NCBI GenBank assembly: GCA_030587475.2
Contig: JAUQYZ020000166.1
Location: 1-14,189, forward strand
Origin: Candidatus Sigynarchaeum calidifontis
Lineage (GTDB): Archaea; Asgardarchaeota; Lokiarchaeia; Sigyniarchaeales; Sigyniarchaeaceae
Length of the DNA stretch: 14,189 nucleotides
Reading direction: 5' to 3'
In this document: piece after piece, positions 1 through 6,787 of the stretch
How positions within the stretch are numbered: position 1 is the first letter of the stretch
Layout: each line of letters opens with the position of its first letter
Program-made: the position numbers and the translations under genes
The notes under the pieces: generated by a model
The model's input: the letters and a program-made list of their open reading frames with translations, nothing else
The model's database searches: none
Told to the model about the DNA's origin: nothing

Positions 1-1379
1 CCCGTGGCGCTGGCGGGACACGTGTAGTCCGGCAGCTCGCCGTCGAGCCGGGCATCCAGGAAAATCTCGATGCCCTGGTGCAGCACGGTCACGTCGCCCC
101 GGTAGACCCGGCACAGCATGCGCGGGCCGCCCTTTGCATCCGCGACCTCGAAATACTCGTAGCCATCGAAGTCCGGCATCCAGCTCGCGCCCACCTTGTG
201 CAACCCGTTCGCGGCCAGCAGCAGCTCGAGATATCGTTTCCCGCCGGCGCCCCGCACGACCTGGAGCAGCCGCTCGAAGATGCGCTGGTTACCCTTGTCG
301 CCGAACACGTAGCCCGAGTTCAGCAGGATGTCGGGCAGGTTTTCGGCGAGCTTCACGTCGTAGGCCCGCCCGTACTCGCCGAATGCCAGGTCGACGTCTT
401 GGACGAAGTATCCTGCCGGGAAGATGCCCTCGAACAGCGCCGCCGGGACCTTCATCAGTTCATCGTAGACGGCTTTCAGCAGGGCGCCTTGCATGAAAAA
501 CCCTTCATGGTCGGCCCACGCGGGCATGCTGACGTCCGTGGCGTCCTTGGCCTTCATCTGCAAGTCGGGGCGATGTGCCAGGAGCGCGCGCAGCGCGTCC
601 TCCATTGCCTTCAATGCCTCGCATGCGCGGAGCCTGTTTTTCGCCGTGGCCGGCGTCACCTTCTCGCCCAGGATGTCCCGGTCCCGGCACGTGTTTTCGA
701 TGACGCGCCGCATGCCCTCGCTCAAGAAATAGATCATCGCCTCGGAGAGCACGGGCAGGTTCACGCTGTAGGCACCGGTGACGCGTCCCGCGGCGTCGCG
801 CTTGGTGTGCTTCGGGATCGCGCCGTTGTCGTGCCAGAGCAGCCCCGCGATGAATCGCACCCTGGCGTCTTGCTGTTGTTGCGGGCTCATAGTCGCGAGG
901 TCCTGGTGCAACTTTTCTTTGCAGTACCGCGCGAGCGCGCCGTCCACGACCTGGTGCAAGTACGGGGCACGTGCCGGGTCGATGACGCCGTTCATGCGGT
1001 AGGGGTCTCGTTTATTCAAGTACGTGCTGATGCTGTCGCCCAGCCCGGCATGCGATGGCTTCGCGACCCGCATGACCATGCTCAGGATGTCATAGCCACG
1101 GATGGCCCGCGCTTCCAGCAGGCTGTCGTCCTTGAACTTTTTCACGTAATCGGTGAAGGCGGCGTGCAATTCCCGCCTGAAGTCGACTGTCTGTTCGTAT
1201 GTCGGGGTCATGTCCATGATGTCGATGTAATATGACACGTCGGCAAGATAATCGACCTTCGCGCCCTCCAACCGGCCGGGGCCACCGAGATACCGGAATG
1301 CCGCGCTCGCACTGAACCCGCCTCCTTGCGACAGGTTATATCTTCTCGGAACCCCATTGTTACATCGCGAAAACGGCAT
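1..1379 (-). CDS. Hypothetical protein, 3' end truncated by the window edge; start uncertain
   Basis: My translation of the - strand frame antisense to ORF 78..1235 has no stop from 1379 to the left edge (...AKVDYLADVSYYIDIMDMTPTYEQTVDFRRELHAAF...IEIFLDARLDGELPDYTCPASAT). Third positions are strongly G/C and the composition is protein-like. Candidate starts: ATG 1379, TTG 1271, GTG 1238, ATG 1217/1211. No family recognised. Confidence 0.8.
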   Translation of the reverse strand, partial: MPFSRCNNGVPRRYNLSQGGGFSASAAFRYLGGPGRLEGAKVDYLADVSYYIDIMDMTPTYEQTVDFRRELHAAFTDYVKKFKDDSLLEARAIRGYDILSMVMRVAKPSHAGLGDSISTYLNKRDPYRMNGVIDPARAPYLHQVVDGALARYCKEKLHQDLATMSPQQQQDARVRFIAGLLWHDNGAIPKHTKRDAAGRVTGAYSVNLPVLSEAMIYFLSEGMRRVIENTCRDRDILGEKVTPATAKNRLRACEALKAMEDALRALLAHRPDLQMKAKDATDVSMPAWADHEGFFMQGALLKAVYDELMKVPAALFEGIFPAGYFVQDVDLAFGEYGRAYDVKLAENLPDILLNSGYVFGDKGNQRIFERLLQVVRGAGGKRYLELLLAANGLHKVGASWMPDFDGYEYFEVADAKGGPRMLCRVYRGDVTVLHQGIEIFLDARLDGELPDYTCPASAT

Positions 1380-1404
1380 CACGCCACGACCGAGCATCGA
1401 TTCG

Positions 1405-1638
1405 ATGACCCCCATGATCAGCCACGATCCCATCGAGGACGACCCGGCAGTCAAGGCGATCCTTCCCGCGGTCGACAAGGAAGCCGAGGCGCTTGTAAAG
1501 AAGCGCTCCAAGAGAAAAAAAGGACAGATGGGCTATTGCCACTTGTTCTGGAGTGCAAAGCAAGAGATCTTGCGAAAAAAGTACGGTATCGAGTGGAAAT
1601 CCCCCCAGGAGTTGAATCCGGGGACGAAATACGATTGA
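1405..1638 (+). CDS. Small hypothetical protein (~77 aa)
   Basis: MTPMISHDPIEDDP...MGYCHLFWSAKQEILRKKYGIEWKSPQELNPGTKYD has natural composition and a motif-like GxCHxxW...K..IL..KYGIEWxSPxExNP C-terminus. ATG 1405 or 1414 is preferred over the track start at 1357. Confidence 0.75.
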   Translation: MTPMISHDPIEDDPAVKAILPAVDKEAEALVKKRSKRKKGQMGYCHLFWSAKQEILRKKYGIEWKSPQELNPGTKYD

Positions 1639-1675
1639 TTTCGATTTCGGAGAACAAGGAGATGGGAGAATCGAG

Positions 1676-1861
1676 ATGGCCCGCTCCCAGCGGCGCGTCA
1701 ACGCTTATGGCGGGGCGATCCATGACGTCTCTACCAGCGGTTACAAGTGCTCGGAATGCAAGGGGAAACTCGTGCATACCCGGGGTATCACGTATATCTG
1801 CACTCGATGCGGACTCGTTCAACACGTGGAAAAGACCAGCGTGGACGAGGAAAAGCCGTGA
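1676..1861 (+). CDS. Small zinc-ribbon protein (TFIIB-type C4 spacing)
   Basis: CSEC-x13-CTRCG in 61 aa. Purine-rich AAGGAGATGGGAG upstream; co-oriented with the previous gene, 37 bp gap. Confidence 0.7.
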   Translation: MARSQRRVNAYGGAIHDVSTSGYKCSECKGKLVHTRGITYICTRCGLVQHVEKTSVDEEKP

Positions 1862-1893
1862 TATGATTGGACGAGGAAAAGCCGTGATGAGAT
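1842..1893 (+). repeat. 26-bp tandem duplication spanning the zinc-ribbon gene stop codon
   Basis: tggacgaggaaaagccgtgatatgat (1842-1867) and tggacgaggaaaagccgtgatgagat (1868-1893): 24/26 identical, first 21 nt perfect. Confidence 0.9.
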
Positions 1894-2118
1894 GTTGAGG
1901 ATCGTGGTGCATGGCGAGCGATTCGCGAGGAAAGCCCGGTAGTGGCGCCGGGATCGCTAATCCTCTGAACGATGCAAGGCACTTGCGAGATGGGAAGTTT
2001 CCATGTAGAAAAACCGGCCCTGGTTCATCACGAAGCACGACGTCGCGCACGAGCTAGCCGGCATGGCGACGATCGCGCGTGAAAAGGGGTGGCGCGTGGC
2101 TTCACGTGATTTACACGG

Positions 2119-2151
2119 GATGACGGCTGCATCTTGATGAAACCCGTCATC
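2119..2151. other. Inverted repeat/hairpin between convergent genes
   Basis: GATGACGG (2119-2126) pairs with CCGTCATC (2144-2151), with an inner CATC/GATG complement. Confidence 0.45.
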
Positions 2152-2180
2152 TACAAGGAAGGTGTCTTTGCTATAGATGG

Positions 2181-2194
2181 AGAAAGAAAAAGAA
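2181..2194 (-). terminator. Oligo-T archaeal-type terminator
   Basis: TTCTTTTTCTTTCT on the - strand just after the stop codon at 2200. Confidence 0.5.
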
Positions 2195-2199
2195 GGCGT

Positions 2200-2931
2200 T
2201 CAACTGCCCCAGCGCGCCGCGCCCGCGGCCATCATGATGATGCCTATGGCCTTGAACGTTGACTGGAGCATGTACAAGTAGAATGCAGCAATCATGCCGA
2301 ACATGTCTGTCATTGCCTTGACGATGCCCGCGTTTACCAAAAGGGCGGCGACCGTGTAGAGCAAGAAGGCAAATATGATGATCAAGGCAGTGTTCCGCAC
2401 GCGTCCAGATGTCTTGATCGCGATGTTGAGAAACACGATGAAAACGACGAGCATGCCGAGCTGTGGAAGTATGCTAAACGTCGACATGGTCGCGAAATCA
2501 TCCACGATGTTCACGGGCCAGAGGAACATGACTATCGAGCCCGCGATGATGATGTAGGCGAATATCCCCTTGAGCTTGAAGTTCAAGATCTTGCGGTCGA
2601 CGACGAAAACGATTTCCGCCAGCCCTACACCGATGATGAATTGCGCGATCTTCCACCAGATCGCGACCTCGGGATAGCACTCCATTTTGAAATGCGTCAA
2701 GCCGAAATCGAACCACATGTAGAACAGCCGGGAGACGAACAAGGTGAAGATGAGCACCCACATTGCCAGCAAGAACGAGACCGCGAGCTCGAGCCCCTCC
2801 TTCTTTCGACGCCGTATCTTGACGCCCATGAACACGAGCATGATGATTTTAACTAGCACGATGAAGCACGTGAGCAAGAAAATGCTGAACTCGATTTCTT
2901 GTGGGAAGGTATATGGTGGTAGACAAGCCAT
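2200..2931 (-). CDS. Stand-alone seven-transmembrane protein
   Basis: Seven hydrophobic segments by eye, a basic loop KIRRRKK after TM1, VDRK at the end of TM3 and KTSGRVRNTA between TM5 and TM6. ATG 2931 chosen; GTG 2949 is possible. Confidence 0.85.
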   Translation of the reverse strand: MACLPPYTFPQEIEFSIFLLTCFIVLVKIIMLVFMGVKIRRRKKEGLELAVSFLLAMWVLIFTLFVSRLFYMWFDFGLTHFKMECYPEVAIWWKIAQFIIGVGLAEIVFVVDRKILNFKLKGIFAYIIIAGSIVMFLWPVNIVDDFATMSTFSILPQLGMLVVFIVFLNIAIKTSGRVRNTALIIIFAFLLYTVAALLVNAGIVKAMTDMFGMIAAFYLYMLQSTFKAIGIIMMAAGAARWGS

Positions 2932-3098
2932 GATGATCCCTTTGATCACGAAGCCAACAGATCATTACGCGAGAAAACTCGATTCTAGGTCTCATCCGAA
3001 TCCATAAATAGCTAATTGGAATATTTCCCTTTTCGATAATCCAGCCAGATATCCCTCATTTTCGTAATCCCTAAGAGAAACCTATTTTGCCTAATCCT

Positions 3099-4046
3099 AT
3101 GTCTGGGTCACTTCTTTGGCCAATTCTTTTGTCGATTGTCATGGGAACGCTATTCTTCCTGGCTGACAAGTACAATCCCGAATTGAAGGTAGATCCATCG
3201 TTCATCGGCGGGATTTGCACGGCATATTTTTTCTTCGTCGTGCTCCCGGAGATCTCCAGCGACTTGCCTCGATTATTCATCGATTTACCTTTCTTGCAAT
3301 ACACTTTCATAATCGTCGGGCTTGCCTTCACCCACGTGACAGAGTGCTACATCGTGCAAAAAGTGAACGTGAAGACGCGAAAAACCGCCTTGGAACTCAC
3401 GGATAAAGAAAAAGCCCTGGAAGAAATGAAGGAAAACCTCGTCGATAACCTCATGAGCCTCCTCGACAAGGGAATCGACAAGTTCACGATCGCGAATATC
3501 TCCGATGTGCTCACGTCGGTACGGGAACAGGAACAAGTGGTCAAGGCGCAGATAGACATGACGCGGCACGCGGTCGAGCACGAGGTAGGGAAGCACCTGA
3601 TGGAATTGCACGAGTTCACCAACATTTGCTATCATTTCATCATCGGCGCGACTCTCTTTAGTATTCTTTTGGTCGATGTTGTCGTCGGCGTTATTTTTTT
3701 CATTTTCGCGCTCATCATGGCGTTATCTTCCCACGTTAACAACCACATGAGGCTGTATTTCGGCATGGATGTCGATATCGAGTTGAACAACAAGCATACC
3801 AAGACAACGTATGCACTGGCGGCACCGGTCGGTATCGTGTTCAGCATCGTGTTCGAGGTGTTATTTGGAATACACTTGCGGATCATGTATTACCTGTTCT
3901 CGTTCATTTCCGGGTCGCTACTCTACATCATCGTCCGGAACATCATCCCTTCTGATGACCAGGGAAAACCGAAACGTTTCCTGGCCGGCCTCGTCGTGTT
4001 CGTTGTCATCGTCGTGATAATCTCGCTCGCCAGCAACTCTTTTTAA
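3099..4046 (+). CDS. ZIP (Zrt/Irt/GufA)-like metal permease, divergent, with coiled-coil insertion
   Basis: SFIGGICTAYFFFVVLPEI resembles ZIP TM2 (SFAAG...LLPE). SFISGSLLYIIVRNIIP resembles ZIP TM7 (AGxxLYxxxxELxP). About 8 TMs. ATG 3099 (TTG 3087 is in frame). Confidence 0.65.
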   Translation: MSGSLLWPILLSIVMGTLFFLADKYNPELKVDPSFIGGICTAYFFFVVLPEISSDLPRLFIDLPFLQYTFIIVGLAFTHVTECYIVQKVNVKTRKTALELTDKEKALEEMKENLVDNLMSLLDKGIDKFTIANISDVLTSVREQEQVVKAQIDMTRHAVEHEVGKHLMELHEFTNICYHFIIGATLFSILLVDVVVGVIFFIFALIMALSSHVNNHMRLYFGMDVDIELNNKHTKTTYALAAPVGIVFSIVFEVLFGIHLRIMYYLFSFISGSLLYIIVRNIIPSDDQGKPKRFLAGLVVFVVIVVIISLASNSF

Positions 4047-4200
4047 TCCACTCTTCTCTCGCCGTCAAACCGTGTTCCCCCGGCGTCCTATCAAAACGAA
4101 GCGATGGACTGAATGAGCAAGGTTCAAATGAACGTGCATTGTAAAGCTGTACAAACAAGCACCGCTTTCGATCGGATGCTCGAACGAGGTAAAGACTCGC

Positions 4201-4854
4201 ATGGTCGATATCATCATCGAACCCGGACGACGCGGACAGGTCAACTCAATTAATAACCGTTCTCGTTTCAGGTTCACCACGCGAGAAACCGCGGATTTGA
4301 TGAAAGCGTGGATTGGCCTATCGGTCGCATATCTTCTCACCTACCGTGAGTTGTTATTCATCTATCCCCAGCTTATCCCCCACGAGTTCAGGTTGTTCCT
4401 GGCCGTTTCGGGCTTGACGTTCGTCGCGCACGAGCTGGGGCACAAGTTCACGGCGCAGCACTTCGGGCTCGAGGCTCGTTTCAAGTCGAACGACATCATG
4501 ATCTTGGTCAGCTTCGCCATCGCCTGGAGCGGGTTCCTTTTCTTCGCGCCGGGGGCGGTCGTTGTCGAGAGCCGGGCGGATCGAAAGCAGATGGGCACGA
4601 TTGCCATGGCCGGCCCGCTATCCAACATCATATTCTCGCTGGTAATGATACCCCTCATGATACTCTTCCCCTACAATGATTTCGTTTTTTTATGCTTCCG
4701 GATCAACGCGTGGCTCGCTTTATTCAACATGATCCCGCTCGGCGTGTTCGACGGGCGCAAGATCTACTTCTGGAACAAGATCGCGTTCGGGCTCATCATC
4801 ACGTGCGCGGGCATGCTCGTCGGGTTGAGCTACGTCGCCTTATATTTCTGGTAA
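4201..4854 (+). CDS. Site-2 protease family (peptidase M50) intramembrane zinc metalloprotease
   Basis: HELGH (HExxH), AGPLSN and FNMIPLGVFDG (NxxPxxxxDG) motifs; multiple TMs; GAGGT upstream. Confidence 0.93.
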   Translation: MVDIIIEPGRRGQVNSINNRSRFRFTTRETADLMKAWIGLSVAYLLTYRELLFIYPQLIPHEFRLFLAVSGLTFVAHELGHKFTAQHFGLEARFKSNDIMILVSFAIAWSGFLFFAPGAVVVESRADRKQMGTIAMAGPLSNIIFSLVMIPLMILFPYNDFVFLCFRINAWLALFNMIPLGVFDGRKIYFWNKIAFGLIITCAGMLVGLSYVALYFW

Positions 4855-4885
4855 CGGGCACGAACCGTGAAACCTTGTTTGAATG

Positions 4886-4897
4886 AGAAAAAGAAAA
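4886..4897 (-). terminator. Oligo-T terminator
   Basis: TTTTCTTTTTCT on the - strand downstream of the stop at 4919, in a convergent gap. Confidence 0.45.
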
Positions 4898-4918
4898 GTG
4901 ATCTCGAACGCCGGGCCA

Positions 4919-6787
4919 TCAGTACGAGGCCTTCAAGATCCCGCGCATGTAGATTAGCACGCCGATTATGTTCAACACGATGAAAATGAGCCAGTTGAAT
5001 GGGAAAACCGCGATCTGGTTCCTGAGCACGTGCAAGACCGATGCCAGGATCGTCACCAGGAATCCGACCAGTATCATGATCGCGTTTTTCTTGATCTCCC
5101 CACTCGTCTGGGCTGCGAGCTTTCCATAGGTAACGAGGATCATCAAGATGCCGAGCAGCAAGCCGATGGCCGGCAATCCCATTATCACGTATCCGCCTAC
5201 TTGATACCATTCAGCAGCATTTATCGCGGGGATGAAGGAAAACACCAGCCCGGCAACTCCCACCATTGCCATGCCCACCACGATGATCGTGACGACCATG
5301 TGCTTGCTATTCTTAAGGAATCGCTCGATGCAATAGACGATGTAGGTGACCGACAAGCCCGTGAAAAGGAAAATAATGCTGTTGTCCCCGCGCACCGCTG
5401 CAGGGGGCGGGATCATATCGGGCAAGATCGTTACGCCCATCTTGCTGAACGCGGAATAAAAGATCACGACGAGCTCCGCAATGCCCAAGCATATAAACAA
5501 GAACGCGAGGCCACGCTGGAAGTTTTTCTTGACTGCTATCTCGCCCGAAAATGATTCCATGATCAAGTAAAAACCCGCCAGGAAATAGAACAGCACGAGC
5601 ACCCACGTCGCGGTCCAGACCAGGCCATTCACCTGGGCTTCCAAGTTGCCCGGGTTGATCGTAAAACTGAAGCGTCCTGGATACGAACGATCCAGCGAAA
5701 CCATCCAGAAAACGAAAATCGGGACGAGGATGGAAAATATTGCGGCGGAGAACGCGTAAAAAATGGCACGATGCTCGACTTTCTTTTCGACGTTCTCCCG
5801 CGTGGATCGCAAGTTCATCATCAAGGTGATGCCGAAAAACCAACCGATCACTGGCACGAGCATCTGCACGAGGCCGCAGTACCACGCAAGCACGCGGCTG
5901 GATGGTGCCTTCGGCCAGAAGAAATAGGCGATGCTCGTGGCCATGCACACGACACCAAAGGCGACCGGGAAAATGCAGTACACGTCTCTCCACATGGGAT
6001 ATGCCTCGATAGTGACGAGTGGATACATGATATCGATGCCCAGGCTGTAGACATACCCGATGCCCCAGACGGCCACGCCGATGAGGATGTAAAAGATGCC
6101 TCCGGTAAACAATCCCTTCACGGCGTACATGCGGAACTTTTTATCGAACGGCATCGGATTCACGAGGTCCTTCTTCAACACGACAGCGCCCGTGTCTTGC
6201 AGCGTGATGGCGCTGGTGTACATCGCGAGCGGGTAGATACAGACAGACAGCACGCCATAAAATAGAAACAACGCGATCGGGTACTGCTGCATGTACCAGA
6301 TGAACGCGTAGCGATCGTTGTCCACCGCCAGGTCGAGACCTTGCAAGCTCGCGAACGCCTGGCCAAAGTCACCTTTATCCCCCGCGTCAATGGCGATGTA
6401 GATCCAGAGCCCGGCCACGACGATGCATGCGATGGGAATCCATGGTTGCTGGATGAAGGCGACGATTCTCGTGAACCCTTTATGATTCGATCCCCTCGCC
6501 TTGTACACGAGACCCGAGACGATCACGAGCGTCCCCGTTGCGGCCAGCGGGATCGCTGCGAGCTGGATGTAGATTGCCTGGTAATAGTTACCGATTATCT
6601 GGAAGACTCCCGGCGTGTTGATGGGCAGCGTGTTCCAGACGTCACCGACAACAAGCGCAAGTCCCGCCATGGCTAGGTAGAGCAATCCAGACCAAGCAAT
6701 GCCGCCGCCGAGCAATCGCTTGTTTTCTTGCTCGATCTCGTCTGTTGACTTCGATTCGATGTCCCGCCGGTCATCACTCAAGGCCAC
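4919..6787 (-). CDS. Polytopic membrane protein (~15 TM, ~622 aa) with a C-terminal 7TM domain paralogous to 2200..2931
   Basis: About 8 N-terminal TMs plus 7 C-terminal TMs carrying CIERF and QTSGEIKKNA. GTG at 6787 lies 7 nt after GGAGGTG and overlaps the upstream gene end. An alternative TTG at 6781 overlaps its TGA. Confidence 0.85.
   Translation of the reverse strand: MALSDDRRDIESKSTDEIEQENKRLLGGGIAWSGLLYLAMAGLALVVGDVWNTLPINTPGVFQIIGNYYQAIYIQLAAIPLAATGTLVIVSGLVYKARGSNHKGFTRIVAFIQQPWIPIACIVVAGLWIYIAIDAGDKGDFGQAFASLQGLDLAVDNDRYAFIWYMQQYPIALFLFYGVLSVCIYPLAMYTSAITLQDTGAVVLKKDLVNPMPFDKKFRMYAVKGLFTGGIFYILIGVAVWGIGYVYSLGIDIMYPLVTIEAYPMWRDVYCIFPVAFGVVCMATSIAYFFWPKAPSSRVLAWYCGLVQMLVPVIGWFFGITLMMNLRSTRENVEKKVEHRAIFYAFSAAIFSILVPIFVFWMVSLDRSYPGRFSFTINPGNLEAQVNGLVWTATWVLVLFYFLAGFYLIMESFSGEIAVKKNFQRGLAFLFICLGIAELVVIFYSAFSKMGVTILPDMIPPPAAVRGDNSIIFLFTGLSVTYIVYCIERFLKNSKHMVVTIIVVGMAMVGVAGLVFSFIPAINAAEWYQVGGYVIMGLPAIGLLLGILMILVTYGKLAAQTSGEIKKNAIMILVGFLVTILASVLHVLRNQIAVFPFNWLIFIVLNIIGVLIYMRGILKASY

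Noticed and set aside
78-1235. 385-aa + strand ORF
   Set aside because: Antisense shadow (rich in H/V/Q/R/A) of the real - strand CDS in the same codon register.
1842-1893. CRISPR mini-array
   Set aside because: Only two units, no spacer-length interval and no cas genes.
1927-2021. RNase P-like GAGGAAAGcCCGG with downstream AGAAAAACCGGCCCT
   Set aside because: The two halves are only ~80 nt apart, P4 pairing is imperfect and no P1-P3 framework is visible.
1326-2050. ORFs 1326..1898 (+), 1360..1701 (-) and 1451..2050 (-)
   Set aside because: They overlap two better small genes and are R/S/P-rich with no motifs.
1859-2151. Selenocysteine readthrough of the zinc-ribbon TGA with the 2119-2151 hairpin as SECIS, or a hammerhead ribozyme
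   Set aside because: Readthrough gives only a short non-motif extension derived from the duplication. The hairpin lacks a tandem GA quartet geometry and the CUGAUGA core.
2200-2931. Microbial rhodopsin call for the 7TM protein
   Set aside because: There is a Lys in the last helix (QSTFKAIG), but no DxxxK or SxxxK spacing and no RYxxW-type helix C motif. The paralog has Asn at that position.
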